This document shows, piece after piece, positions 40,600 through 54,468 of a stretch of 64,000 nucleotides of DNA. Under the pieces are notes generated by a model that saw only the letters and a program-made list of their open reading frames with translations, ran no database searches and was not told the origin of the DNA. The stretch comes from an uncultured Actinomycetota bacterium (lineage in GTDB: Bacteria; Actinomycetota; Actinomycetes; Actinomycetales; CAVURS01): assembly GCA_963794535.1 (NCBI GenBank), contig CAWCEI010000012.1:56238-120237 (forward strand), in the 5' to 3' direction. The translations under genes and the position numbers were made by a program. Each line of letters begins with the position of its first letter. Position 1 is the stretch's first letter.

Positions 40600-42069
40600 G
40601 TGCCCGTGGAGTGGTCCGGTTCAGGTCCGGAGCTGCTGGTCGAGCTGGACCGCAGCCGGGGCAGTGACGTCCGGCCGCTGCGCGCCCAGGTCGAGCACCA
40701 GCTGCGGGCCGCGATCCAGAGCGGTCGGCTGGCCGGCGGTGAGCGACTTCCGTCCTCGAGGGAATTGGCCGCCCAGCTCGGCCTGTCCCGTGGGCTGATC
40801 CAGGAGGCCTACGCCCAGCTGCAGGCCGAGGGCTACCTGAGCGCTCGCGGCGGGTCGGCGACCCGCGTGGCCCCCAGCTCAACCGGTCGTCCGGCCGCCG
40901 ACCCCACGCGATCGCCGGACCTGCGCCCGGGCTCGTCTCCCCCGCCGATGCCCAGCGACGCCACCCGCCGGTACCCGGTCGCGAACTTCGAGTCCGGCGT
41001 CCCCGACCTCGGGCTCGCGCCGCGCGAGGAGTGGGCCTGGGCCGTCCGTGAAGCCTGCCGGTCCGCGCCCAACATCGCCTTCGACTACGGCGACCCGCGC
41101 GGCAACCGACACCTGCGCGAGGTCCTGGCGGCCTACCTGAGGCGGGTCCGCGCGGTCGACACCGTGGTCGACAACGTCGTCGTCTGTGCGGGCTTCGCCC
41201 AGGGACTGACCCTGGTGCTGCGAGCTCTGGGCCGGCAGGGCTACACCCGGGTCGCCTTCGAGGACCCGGGGGCCGTGGCCTACATCAGCCGCACGGCCCA
41301 AGCCGCTGGCAGCGAAGCGGTTCCCGTGGCGGTGGACGAGCGCGGCGTCGACGTCGACGCCTTGGCGGCCAGCGGAGCCCGCGTCGTCGTCCTCACGCCC
41401 GCCCACCAATGGCCGACCGGCGTCGTCCTGGCCGGTGAACGCCGCCTCGAGCTGGTCGCGTGGGCCCGGGAGCACGACGCGTTCGTCATCGAGGACGACT
41501 ACGACGCCGAGTTCCGCTACGACCGCGAACCGGTGGGGTCACTCCAGGGGCTGGCCCCGGACCGGGTCGTCGCCTTGGGCACCGTCAGCAAGTCCCTGGC
41601 GCCCGCGTTGCGGCTCGGTTGGGCTGTCCTGCCGGCGGCCATCGTCGCGGCCGTGGCCGACGGCAAGGACATCGCTGACCGCGGGACGCCGGGACTGGAC
41701 CAGCTCGCGCTGGCGGCGCTCATCGAGTCCGGGCGCTATGACCGACACCTGCGCCGGATGCGCGCCGAGTATTCGGCGCGCCGCGACGCCGTCGTCGAAG
41801 CCTTCGCCACTCATGCCCCGCAAGTGCGAATCTCGGGACTGGCCGCGGGTTTTCATGCCGTTGCCCACTTGCCGGACGACGTCAACGAACGGCAGGTGAT
41901 CGAACAAGCCGCCGAGCTCGGAGTCGGTGTCTACGGCATGAGCACCAACCGTTCGAACCATGACACCCGGCCGCCGCAGCTGGTGATCGGCTTCGGCAAC
42001 ACCAGCGTGCGGGCCATCCAGGCCGGCATCGAGGCCATCGCGCCCCTGCTGCGCGGGGCCGTGACCTGA
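40600..42069 (+). CDS. MocR/GabR family PLP-dependent GntR regulator
   Basis: LPSSRELA HTH; IEDDYDAEF, SKSLAP.LRLGW. Confidence 0.95.
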   Translation: MPVEWSGSGPELLVELDRSRGSDVRPLRAQVEHQLRAAIQSGRLAGGERLPSSRELAAQLGLSRGLIQEAYAQLQAEGYLSARGGSATRVAPSSTGRPAADPTRSPDLRPGSSPPPMPSDATRRYPVANFESGVPDLGLAPREEWAWAVREACRSAPNIAFDYGDPRGNRHLREVLAAYLRRVRAVDTVVDNVVVCAGFAQGLTLVLRALGRQGYTRVAFEDPGAVAYISRTAQAAGSEAVPVAVDERGVDVDALAASGARVVVLTPAHQWPTGVVLAGERRLELVAWAREHDAFVIEDDYDAEFRYDREPVGSLQGLAPDRVVALGTVSKSLAPALRLGWAVLPAAIVAAVADGKDIADRGTPGLDQLALAALIESGRYDRHLRRMRAEYSARRDAVVEAFATHAPQVRISGLAAGFHAVAHLPDDVNERQVIEQAAELGVGVYGMSTNRSNHDTRPPQLVIGFGNTSVRAIQAGIEAIAPLLRGAVT

Positions 42070-42099
42070 GGTCAGCGGGGCCGGCCGCCTCTACCGCCC

Positions 42100-42113
42100 G
42101 GGACGTTCGGCCC
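42100..42113. promoter_or_regulatory. DosR-type box
   Basis: GGGACGTTCGGCCC upstream of a PPOX-like gene. Confidence 0.7.
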
Positions 42114-42147
42114 ACCACGATGAAGGTCTCTACTCGCGGAGGTGTGT

Positions 42148-42601
42148 ATGGACGCGTTATATCCGGCCGACCGGCTGGAGTCGCTTGATCGCGACGAATG
42201 TCTGCGGCTGCTCGCCGGGCAGGAGATCGGCCGGTTCGGCTTCGTCACGGATGGCCAACCGCGGATCGAACCGGTGAACTACCGGCTCATCGACGGCGAC
42301 GTCGTCATCGCCAGTCGTCCCGGGTGGCAAGCTTGATGCCGCGCTGGTGAACAGTCGGGTGGCGTTCGAGATCGACGCGGTCGAGGAATGGGCACAAGCC
42401 GGCTGGAGCGTCCTGGCCGTCGGTACGGCGTCTGTCGTCGACGACGAGGACCAACGAACTGCCCTCGCCGCTCGCGAACCACAGGCGTGGGCCCCCAGTC
42501 CCGGTCTGCGCCTGATCCGGATCGCGGTCGACGAGCTGAGCGGTCGCCGGGTCCGGGTCGACGCGGGCGGAGTCTCGGTGCTGGTTCAGGGACCGGACTA
42601 G
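42148..42601 (+). CDS. Pyridoxamine 5'-phosphate oxidase-like protein (frameshifted)
   Basis: LDRDECLRLL, GRFGF, PVNY, VAFEID, GWSVL. Confidence 0.85.
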
Positions 42602-42833
42602 CCGAGACCGGAGGACTAGGCCGGAGCGCGCGGGCGACTGTCAGCGCGCCAATGACGGACTCGACGGCCAAACGAAAGCGGGGGCCGGGTGATTCATGAC
42701 CGGACGATTTTGCTGGGCCTAGCGGCGACACGCCGGACGCGAGACGCTGTGCCCGCGGCGGGTCCCGGGTTCCTTCAGCGAAACCGTCTAGGCCCAGGCC
42801 TGAGCGGCTATCTCGAGGGTGCGGGCCGGTCGC

Positions 42834-43732
42834 TCAAGCGTGGACCACGGCGACAGTGCGATCGGCATGTTGCGAGAGCTGGACTCCGACCGCGCCCAGG
42901 ACGAGCTCCGCGAGGGCGTGCGTCCCCCGAGCTCCCACAACGATGAGATCGGCGTTGTACGTCGAGGCAACCTCGAGGAGCGTCTGCGGGATGTTCAGCC
43001 CGTGAACGACGACCTTGGACAGCGGCACGTCGGGATGCTGCTCACCGGCGCCGGCCAAGGCTTCGGAGAGAATGCGCTCGGCGTCCGTCTCCATCTCGTG
43101 CTGCCACTCGTTGGGGTCGGCCGACCAGTCGCGGCCGACCGCGAGCCCGTGGAGCTGCGGCAATGACCAGACGCTGACCGCAATGAGCCCCGTGCCGCGC
43201 GAGCTCGCCTCCTGGAACGCGAAGGCCAGCGCCTTGCGGGAGGTTTCCGAGTCATCGACACCGACGAGCACCGGACCGGCGGCCACCTGACCCACCAGCG
43301 CGTCGGGGCGGACCAGAACGACAGGTCCGGCCGCGCGGGATGTCACGCGCCAGGCCTGCGAACCGAGGAGCAGCTGGGCGAAACCGCCATGCCCACGCGA
43401 GCCCAGGACAACCATGCTCGCTCGTTGCGACGCCTCGAGGAGGGCGTCGGTGGGCGACTGCGCCAGGACGTGGGTCGTGACCTGCAGATTCGGACGCTCC
43501 CGCCGTAGCGTGTCGGCCAGCCCCGCAGCTCGCTCTCCGCCTCCTCCGTGAGCTCATGCATGGTCATGGCCAGGTAGGTCGGCGGGGCGGACTGTGGGTC
43601 CACGGCATACACCAGCTCGAGCGGCAGATGACGTCGCGCGGCCACGGCCGCGGCGTACATCACGGCCGCTTCGCCGTTCTCGGAGAAGTCGACACCGACA
43701 ATGACGGATCCCGCTGTTGCGCTCTGAGACAT
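42834..43732 (-). CDS. Tandem-domain universal stress protein (frameshifted)
   Basis: IVGVDFS, GSRGHGGF..LLLGS, LVGVDDS, VVGARG. Confidence 0.9.
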
Positions 43733-43743
43733 GGTCCGCTCCT

Positions 43744-44193
43744 TCACGAGGCGCCGAGGTCGTAACGCGCTACTGCCCCTGCGATGTCCCCGGCGGTGAC
43801 CAGGCCGAGGATGGCGCCGTCGACGTCCGTGACCGGCACGGCGTCCACGTCCTGGTTGACCATCACCCTCGCCACCCGGGCGAGGCTCGTCTCGGGCAGG
43901 ACGCACGTCGTGTGCGGCGGAATCACTTGGCGGACAGGGGTAGACGTGATCCCGAACGGCCCGGTCGGCCAGTGCGCGAAGAGGATCCGGTCATCGAGGA
44001 CCCCGGCGCAACGATCGCCGTCGCAGACCACCAGATGGCGAACGCCGAAGTGCAACATCACCGACCACGCGTCCCACATCGTGTCCTTGACGGTGACCAC
44101 ATGGACGGGGGCGCTCATGACATCGCGGGCCCGCAGAGTACGTCGGGGTGTCGTCGTCTCCGTAGCGGTCCTCGCCGTCATGACAGGTCTCAT
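43744..44193 (-). CDS. CBS domain protein
   Basis: ARDVMS, RHLVV, AVPV...LGLVTAGD. Confidence 0.9.
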   Translation of the reverse strand: MRPVMTARTATETTTPRRTLRARDVMSAPVHVVTVKDTMWDAWSVMLHFGVRHLVVCDGDRCAGVLDDRILFAHWPTGPFGITSTPVRQVIPPHTTCVLPETSLARVARVMVNQDVDAVPVTDVDGAILGLVTAGDIAGAVARYDLGAS

Positions 44194-44228
44194 GACTCAA
44201 GGTTCGATCGCCGGACGCAATCGGCGAA

Positions 44229-44265
44229 GGGTCGAAAGACCTCAGTTGCGTGGGACCTTCTCGCC
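44229..44265. promoter_or_regulatory. Pair of degenerate DosR-type boxes
   Basis: GGGTCGAAAGACCT (44229) and GGGACCTTCTCGCC (44252) upstream of CBS-USP. Confidence 0.55.
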
Positions 44266-44267
44266 GG

Positions 44268-46928
44268 TCATCGGAGATGCCGGACATGGTCCCGCAGGCT
44301 GGCGACTGGGGCTTGGCGGACGCGGATCCGCACGTCGACCACGAGGGCGGTGTCCGGGCCGGCGAGGACCGGGTTGAGGTCGATCTCGGCGACCTCGGGC
44401 ACGGCGGCCATGAGGTAGGAGATGCGCGAGACCACGTCGGCCAGCCGATCGAGGTGCGCGGCTGGATGCCCGCGACGAGCGGCGAGGCCGTCCCGGCTGC
44501 GCAGATCGTCGAGCATCTCGAGCGCCTCGGCCGGGCTCAGAGGGGCGAGGCCCCAGCAGCGATCCGGGTCAACGTCGCTGTCGACTCCCCCGCGCCCAAC
44601 CAGCACCATCGGGCCGAAGCGGGCGTCGCGGGTCGCACCGACGATGATCTCGGTGCCGCCGGACGCTTGGGTCTGCACGATGACGCCGCGCAGCCGTTCG
44701 CCCAGCCTCGTCTCCATGTCCAGGACCGCGGCTCGAACCGCTTCGGTGGTGGGCAGGTTGAGCCGCACCCCGCCGACGTCGGACTTGTGCACGAGATCCG
44801 GGCCGTCCGCCTTCACCACGACCGGGAATGCCAACACGGCGCTGGCGTCAGCCGCCATCGCGGCATCGCCAGCCGCAATGAAAGGCGCCACGTCGACGCC
44901 ACACCGGCTCAACACCTGGTAGGCGTCCAGGGCCGATAGCCAGCTCTCGCCGTTCGCGGCCATGGCGCCGTTGACAATGTCGCGGACGCTGTCGAGGTCG
45001 AGATCGGGCGGCGGCGCCAGATGCGTGTCGATGGCCCGCAGGGTCTGCCGGCGGGCGACGTACCGGTGCAGGTGCGCCACAGCCAGGACGGCGTCCTCCG
45101 GCTGGTCGAAGCGTGGGACGCCGGACTGCCACGGGGCATCGTCGTTGCCGAACAGACAGGCGGCGACCGGGATCTGGGCATGGTCGGCGGAGACCCGACT
45201 GAGCGCAGCAGTCAGCTCGGCGGCCGGAACGTGCCCCAGCACCGTGAGGACGGCGATCACGACATCGACGCCTGGGTCGGATGCGACGATCTGCATCGTC
45301 TGCTCGAGCTGGGCGGGAGTAGCCCCGGCGGTCACGTCGACCGGTCCACCAACGGCAGCCGATGCCGGCAGGAAGGCGCGCAGCCGCTCCTGCGAGGCCG
45401 GAGTCAGGCGCGCGACGTCGAGCCCGAGGCGCGAGCAGGCATCCGCGGCGAGAACCGCCGGGCCACCGGAGTTGCCAACGACGGCGACCCGCGATCCGCC
45501 GGGGAGGGGCTGCATGCTGGCCAGGGCGGCAACGTCCGCCAGCTGGCGCATGTCGTCGACGCGGATGATGTTCGCGGCCCGGCACAGGGCGTCGACCGCG
45601 GCATCGTCGTCCGCGGCGGCGGCGGTGTGGCTGCTCGCAGCAGCGGCCGCGGCAGCGGTCCGGCCGGCCTTCAGCAGGACGATCGGCTTGACCCGGCCCA
45701 CTCGGCCGGCCAAGCGGGCGAACGGGCGCGGCTCAGCGATGGACTCCAGATAGGCCGCGATCACCCGGGTGCGGTCGTCGGACTCCCACCAGGGCAGCAC
45801 GTCGTTGCCGCCGATGTCGGCCTTGTTGCCGACGGTCACGAGGCTCGAGACCCCCGCACCACGGTGCTGGAACGCATCGAGCATGGCCACGGCGGCGGCG
45901 CCGGACTGGGACAGCACGGCCGTCGCACCGACCGGCAGCTGTTCCGGGAGGAATGTTGCGTCCAGGCGCACGTCAGGTTCGGTGTTGGCGACGCCGATGC
46001 AGTTCGGCCCGATCAGGCGCATGCCGGCCTGTCGACAGAGCCGAAGGAGTGCGGCCTGGTCCTCGCTGCTGCCGGCCTCACCGAACCCGGCCGTCAGGGT
46101 GAGCAACGCCCGTACGCCGGATGCCGCGCAGTCCTGAGCGACGATCGGCACGGACTCGGAGCGGACGGCGAGCACCACGAGATCGACCGGCTCGCCGATG
46201 TCGCGAACAGATGCGTAGCCAGGCACATCACCGATCCGCAGGCCGTCTGGGTTCACCGCGTAGAGCCGACCGGTGTATCCCGAGCGCAGCAGGTGGTCCA
46301 GCACCTGCCGGCCGACCGTGTGGCGGTGTCGGCCCGCACCGACGACCGCGACCGAGCGAGGCCGGAGCACGTGGTCGAGCGACGCCACCTCCGCCCGGGC
46401 CTGGCGATCCGCCACGCGGCGCAGGGTGCCGTCGGCCGATGCGACCTCGAGCGTCACCTCCACCTCGCCCCCCGAGAAGTGTTGCGAAACAACGAAACCA
46501 GAGTTCTTGAAGACATCGATCATCGCGCCGTTGGTGGGCATGACGATCGCGACCACCTGGGTGATGTCCAACAGGGAGGCGCGGGCCAAGAGGTCCTCGA
46601 CCACGAGGGTCCCCAAGCCGTCACCGTGTCGCTCGTCAGCGACGAGGAGGCCGAGCTCGGCCTCAGCCGGCGCGGCGGCGGGCTGGTCACCGCACGGATG
46701 CAACGAACCGACCGCCACGATCCGGTCCCGGTCGTTGACCACCACCGCGGCCGTCGTCAGGGTGGGGTCACCGAGCCGACGTACGTAGTCAGCCGCTGCC
46801 TGCTTGGAGACGCTGAAGAACCGGAAGTAGGAGCTCCGGTCGCTCGCGGACTCGAGCAGGTTCAGCACCGCCGGCGCATCGTCTGAGGTGTACGGACGCA
46901 GCTCGACCGCCATGCCGGTCGCGGTCAA
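44268..46928 (-). CDS. Pat-type protein: GNAT + NDP-forming acyl-CoA synthetase domains
   Basis: YFRFF, GDGLGT GNAT; PRSVAVVGA, IGPNCIG, SQSG, GNKAD, SHT, HKSDVGGV, EIDLNP. Confidence 0.93.
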   Translation of the reverse strand: MTATGMAVELRPYTSDDAPAVLNLLESASDRSSYFRFFSVSKQAAADYVRRLGDPTLTTAAVVVNDRDRIVAVGSLHPCGDQPAAAPAEAELGLLVADERHGDGLGTLVVEDLLARASLLDITQVVAIVMPTNGAMIDVFKNSGFVVSQHFSGGEVEVTLEVASADGTLRRVADRQARAEVASLDHVLRPRSVAVVGAGRHRHTVGRQVLDHLLRSGYTGRLYAVNPDGLRIGDVPGYASVRDIGEPVDLVVLAVRSESVPIVAQDCAASGVRALLTLTAGFGEAGSSEDQAALLRLCRQAGMRLIGPNCIGVANTEPDVRLDATFLPEQLPVGATAVLSQSGAAAVAMLDAFQHRGAGVSSLVTVGNKADIGGNDVLPWWESDDRTRVIAAYLESIAEPRPFARLAGRVGRVKPIVLLKAGRTAAAAAAASSHTAAAADDDAAVDALCRAANIIRVDDMRQLADVAALASMQPLPGGSRVAVVGNSGGPAVLAADACSRLGLDVARLTPASQERLRAFLPASAAVGGPVDVTAGATPAQLEQTMQIVASDPGVDVVIAVLTVLGHVPAAELTAALSRVSADHAQIPVAACLFGNDDAPWQSGVPRFDQPEDAVLAVAHLHRYVARRQTLRAIDTHLAPPPDLDLDSVRDIVNGAMAANGESWLSALDAYQVLSRCGVDVAPFIAAGDAAMAADASAVLAFPVVVKADGPDLVHKSDVGGVRLNLPTTEAVRAAVLDMETRLGERLRGVIVQTQASGGTEIIVGATRDARFGPMVLVGRGGVDSDVDPDRCWGLAPLSPAEALEMLDDLRSRDGLAARRGHPAAHLDRLADVVSRISYLMAAVPEVAEIDLNPVLAGPDTALVVDVRIRVRQAPVASLRDHVRHLR

Positions 46929-47576
46929 CCCGTCGTACTCTGCACTCGGTTGCCTGCGCGTCGCGGACGCTCACCGGGCCGGCTGCGTCCGCACGCCCAC
47001 GACGCCCTCGGTGGTCTCGGCGACCGCCTCGGCGATCGACGGCGGTCGAGGTGATTCTCGGTATCGGTGATCGTGACGACGCCGTCTTCGACCGTGACTG
47101 CGCCAAGGGGATGGGACTCGCCGTACTCGAAGAACCGCTCGCGCAGGGCGTCGGCGATCTCCTCGTCGGTGTGGGTGTGCGCGCGCAGGATGTCGGTGAC
47201 GCTGATCATCCCGACGAGGCGTCCGTCATTGGTCACCGGAAGGCTGGCCAGGCCGTTGTCGAGCATCAGCCGCGCCGCGCGCGCGGTGTCGTCGTCCGGC
47301 TGCACGGTGACCATTTCTCGGGTCATGACCTGCCGGACCACGTGCGGTGGCTCGCCCGTCGGTGGGGATGACGGGCGTGAGGTGGGCCCGCGGGTCCTCG
47401 AGCTCGCGGTCCTTGATCAGGTCGCTTCGGCTGACGACCCCGACAAGGGTCCCGTTCTCATAGACCACGGGCGCCGCTGTGATGTCACCGTCGAGCAGGA
47501 TGCGAGACGCCTCGACGATCGGGGTCTCGGCCCGGAACGTCGTCACGTCCCGCGCCATCAGCTCGTGAACCAACAT
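46925..47576 (-). CDS. CBS + BON domain protein (frameshifted)
   Basis: MLVHELM...GVVSRSDL, GMISVTDIL, VTVEDGVV...EGVVGV. Confidence 0.85.
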
Positions 47577-47634
47577 GGGTTTCTCCTTCAGTGTTGTCAA
47601 GATCGACGTTAGGAACGTCGAGAGCGCCGGGGCA

Positions 47635-47648
47635 GGGCCGAAGGTCCC
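47635..47648. promoter_or_regulatory. DosR-type box
   Basis: GGGCCGAAGGTCCC in the divergent CBS-BON / PPOX gap. Confidence 0.8.
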
Positions 47649-47705
47649 TGGTTGGGGTGCCGGACGCCCCGTGTGCCGGGACCGGTCGCGGTTCATGCTC
47701 AGTGC

Positions 47706-48152
47706 ATGGACGAGACGACGAACGAGCTCACGCCGCAGGAGTGTTGGACCCTTCTCGGGACCACGGACCTGGGCCGGTTGGCCATGTGCCTCGGCGAGGC
47801 GGCGGAGATCTTCCCCGTCAACTATGTGGTGGCGCACGGAACGGTCGTGTTCCGGACGGCGGCTGGGCTCAAACACGTTTCGGCGCGGCTCAATCGTCTC
47901 CTCACCTTCGAGGCCGATGGGGTCGATCGCGATGCCGGCGTGGCCTGGAGTGTGGTCGTGAAAGGCAGAGGCCACGACATGACCGAAGGCCCGGAGGCGG
48001 AGTTCGCGCGCACCTTGAACCTGCACCCGATGCACGACGCGCCGAAGCCGTTGTTCGTGCGGATCGAGCCGGGAACCGTGACCGGGCGGCGGTTCCGGAT
48101 CGCCCAGGTCGACCGCTGGGTCGACGAGGACGGAAAGGCCACCGCCGAGTAG
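47706..48152 (+). CDS. Pyridoxamine 5'-phosphate oxidase-like protein
   Basis: ECWTLL, GRLA, IFPVNY, FRT, FEADG, WSVVVKG. Confidence 0.9.
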   Translation: MDETTNELTPQECWTLLGTTDLGRLAMCLGEAAEIFPVNYVVAHGTVVFRTAAGLKHVSARLNRLLTFEADGVDRDAGVAWSVVVKGRGHDMTEGPEAEFARTLNLHPMHDAPKPLFVRIEPGTVTGRRFRIAQVDRWVDEDGKATAE

Positions 48153-48169
48153 TTGCGCGAGCCCGGAGC

Positions 48170-48207
48170 AAACCGCAGGCGACCCGAGTCCGGGTCGCCT
48201 GCGGTTT
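48170..48207. terminator. Bidirectional terminator hairpin
   Basis: AAACCGCAGGCGACCCG-AGTC-CGGGTCGCCTGCGGTTT. Confidence 0.85.
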
Positions 48208-48231
48208 CTCTGTCCGAGGGTCAGGCCTCGG

Positions 48232-49288
48232 TCATCGGGTCATCAGCACCTTCAGGGCATGAGTCTCGCTCGCGTTCCCGAAGGTCTCGTACGCCGACCG
48301 GACGTCGCTCAGGGCGAACCGGTGCGTCACCAGCTCGGCAGCCGGCAGCTTGTGCTGGGCCACCAGCTTGAGCAGCATCGGCAGCGTCGTCGTGTTCACC
48401 AGTCCCATCGTGATCGTGATGTTCTGGATCCAGAGGTCCTGCAGGTTCAGCTGAACGGCCTTGCCGTGGACGCCGACGTTGGCCACGTGGCCTCCCGGAC
48501 GAACGAGGTCGAGGCACCTGCTGAACGTGGCGGGAACGCCGACGGCTTCCACCGCGACGTCGACACCCTGACCATCCGTCAACGCCTTCACCTCCGCGAC
48601 CAGGTCGGCCGCCCCGGCGTTCATCGTGTGGGTCGCACCGAGCAGCTTGGCCACCCCGAGTCGATGCTCGTCGAAGTCGATGGCGATGACCTGAGCGGCG
48701 CCGTACAGTCCGGCGGTCGCGATCGCGGCCAACCCGACCGGTCCCGCGCCGACGACTGCGACCGTGTCACCAGGCTTCACCTGTCCGTACTGGATGCCCA
48801 TCTCGAAGCCCGTGGGCAGGATGTCGGACAGCAGCATGGCTTCCTCGTCCGGGACGCCTTCTGGCAGCTTGTAGAGAGAGTTGTCGGCGAACGGAATTCG
48901 CACCTGCTCGGCCTGGGTTCCGTCGATCAGATGACCGAGGATCCAGCCGATGCCGGATGCGCCCTCGTCGGCCAGGCAGTGCGACGGGTTGCCGCTTCGG
49001 CAGTAGGTACACACGCCGCACGACGAGATACACGAGATGATGACCCGGTCTCCGACCGCGACGTTGCGCACGGCGGGCCCAAGGCCGGTCACCGTTCCAA
49101 CTCCCTCGTGGCCGAGGATGCGACCCGGGGTCACCGCAGCGACGTCGCCCTTCATGATGTGCAGGTCGGTCCCGCAGATCGTGGTCGTGTCGACCTCGGA
49201 CGATCGCGTCGCCGGGTTCGATCAGCACTGGGTCCGGTACGTCGTCCCAGCTCTGCGATCCGGGTCCGTGATATACCAGCGCCTTCAT
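48232..49288 (-). CDS. Zinc-dependent alcohol dehydrogenase (one frameshift)
   Basis: MKALVYHG, ICGTD, GHEG, CGVCTYC, SDILPTG, GAGPVG. Confidence 0.93.
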
Positions 49289-49328
49289 CTTGAGCCTCCA
49301 CTGTTGCGAGCGGACGGCATGTCCGCAC

Positions 49329-51850
<2,522 letters not shown>

Positions 51851-51854
<4 letters not shown>

Positions 51855-54432
51855 CGGAGGCTGAACCTCGCCGCGCGGCGGTTGACCCTGGTCCGGTGGT
51901 TGCGGACCCGCGGGGTGACTGGTCGAGCGAAGGTGCGGCTCACCGGCGAAGAAGATCCGCTTGCCGAGCTCGACGAGGACGAGGTACCCGGCCACCATGA
52001 CGATGAGAGCCAGATAGAACCTCAGTGGCGGTGAAGCGAAGCCCAGGACGCTCGCCAGGGGAGACAGGGGCAGAGCGGCGGCAACAAGCACCACGGCCAG
52101 GGACGCGGCCGTCAACGGGCGGCTGGCCCGACTGCGGATGAACGGGATCCGTCGAGTGCGGATCGCGAAGATGACGAGCGTCTGCGTCGCCATTGACTCG
52201 ACGAACCAGCCGGAGCGGAACAGGTCGGCGCCGGCGTGCAGCGGTCCGAGCATGATGCCGAAGGTCAGGAAGTCGAACAGCGAGCTCAGCGGGCCGAAGA
52301 AGAGCATGAACCGCCGGATGAAATGGATGTCCCAGTGCGACGGCGCCTGCAGCTGCTCCTCGTCGACGTTGTCGGTCGGGATCGTCAGCTGCCCCACGTC
52401 GTACAGGAGGTTGTTGAGCAGGATCTGCGAGGGCAACATCGGCAGGAACGGCAGGACAGCGGATGCGGCCGCCGCGCTGAACATGTTGCCGAAGTTGCTC
52501 GACGTGCCCATCAACACGTACTTGATGGTGTTGGCAAAGATTCGCCGCCCCTCAGCGACCCCGTCGGCCAGGACGTCCAGGCTCTTCTCGAGCAGCACGA
52601 CGTCGGCGGCGTCCTTGGCCACGTCGGTGCCGGTGTCGACGGAGATTCCGATGTCGGCCTTGTGCAGGGCCAGCGCGTCGTTGACGCCGTCACCCAGGAA
52701 GCCAACTGCTCGCCCGCCGTGGCGCAACGCCTCGACGATCCGAGCCTTCTGCTCCGGTGAGACCCGGGCGAAGACGTCGCACGCGAGCGCGGCTTGGATC
52801 AGCCCTTCCTCCCCCAAGGCCTCGATCTCCGGACCGGTCAGCACGGTGCTCACGTCGAACCCCAGGTCCGCACACAACCGCTTGGCCACGGCGGCGCTGT
52901 CACCCGTGGCCACCTTGACCACGATGCCCAGCTTGCGCAGGCGCTGAAGAGACTGCGCGGCGGACGGCTTCGGCGGGTCCCGGAAGACGAGGAAGCCGGC
53001 CAGCTCGAGGTCCTGCTCGTCGGCCGCCGTCGGCTGCGTGACATCGTCATCAACCAGCGCGACTGGCAACGGCGATGACGCGACTGCCCCTTGGCATACA
53101 GGCTCATCGAGGGTCTGGGCCGCCTCGGCCCGGTCGCCGGACAGAGCGGCGAGGACGGACTCGGGAGCACCCTTGACCACCAGCAAACGGCGCGCATCGG
53201 GCGACGTGACAACGACCGAGGCTCGTTGCCGCTGGTAGTCGAACGGCAGGCTGCCCAACCGGACGTAGCCGCTGGTCGTTGCCTCTGCCGCCGCCTCCCA
53301 GAGGGCGACGTCGAGCGGGTTGCCGCCGACGGCATGCCCCGATGTGCTCTCCACGTCACTGGCCAAGAGACCGAGGATCATCGGCTCCATCGACGGCGAC
53401 CCGTCTGCCCCAAGGGCCGCCTCGAACCCGATCGCGCCTTCGGTCAGCGTCCCGGTCTTGTCCGTCACGAGCACGTCGAGGTCACCCAGGTCCTCGATGC
53501 AGACGAGTCGCTTGACCAGCACCTTGCGCCGGGCGAGCTGACGCGACCCGGCGGCCAGGCTGGTGCTGACGACGGCCGGAAGGAGCTGAGGCGTGATGCC
53601 CACCGCGATGGCGAGAGAGAACAGCACCGAGTCGAGGAATGGCCTCTGCAGCAACAGGTTCGTCGTCAGGATGAGCAGCGTGAGGACGAGCGCGACCTGG
53701 AGCAACAGGCCGGAGAACTTCCTCAGACCGACCTGGAACTCGGTCTCCTGCTCGCGCTCGCCCAGGCCGGCCGCGATACGCGCCGAACTCCGTGTCAGCG
53801 CCGGTCGCGACGACGACACCGGCACCGGACCCGTCGTGGACGACGGTGCCCATCCAGGCGATGCAGGCCGCGTCGGCCAGGCTCCCGCCAGCTGACGAGC
53901 GGGCTGTCGTCTTCGCCGACGGCATCGACTCCCCCGTCAGGACGCTCTCGTCGCACTCCAGTGCCGTCGTCTCGAACAGCCGGATATCCGCCGGCACAAC
54001 GCAGCCGACGGACAGATGCACGACGTCACCCGGCACGAGCTCGACGACGTCGACCTGCCGGGGCTCGCCGTCGCGGATGACCAGGGTCAGGTGGTGGATA
54101 CCCGAGTGCAGGGCTTGGCTGGCTCGCTCGGCGCGGTACTCGTTGACGAAGCCGAGACCGATGCTGCCGACCAGGATCAGACCGATGATGACCGCGTTCG
54201 TGTGTTCGCCGAGCCCATAGGACAGCGCGGCCGTCGCGAACAGAAGGAGCAGCAGGGGGCTGCGGAGCTGACGGGCCAGGACGCCGAGTGCCCTCGCCCG
54301 GTGGTCGCGGACCGCGTTTGGCCCGTGTTCGGCCAGCCGCCGCGCGGCCTCGTCGTTCGAGAGGCCGCGCAGGGCATCCGTATGCAGTTGCGCGACGACG
54401 TCGTCCGCAGACGTCGTCGTGGCTGCGTGCAC
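51851..54432 (-). CDS. mgtA: Magnesium-translocating P-type ATPase (frameshifted)
   Basis: TGES, VGITPQLLP, DKTGT, GDGVND, SSNFGN, LLNNLLYD, GWFVES MgtA-type motifs. Confidence 0.9.
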
Positions 54433-54468
54433 AACCCTTCCTTCCTTCGACCAATGGTTGAGCGCTGC

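Noticed and set aside
42640..42785. c-di-AMP (ydaO) riboswitch-like words on the minus strand (GCTGAA-GGAACC, GAATC, CCGTCA)
   Set aside because: Lacks GGGGTGAAT and GTCAGCTAAC and has no downstream gene on that strand
45021..46886. Long opposite-strand ORFs (e.g. 45021-46886, 29398-31215, 62092-63819, 18051-19388)
   Set aside because: Stop-poor antisense frames typical of high-GC DNA, each overlapping a well-supported gene
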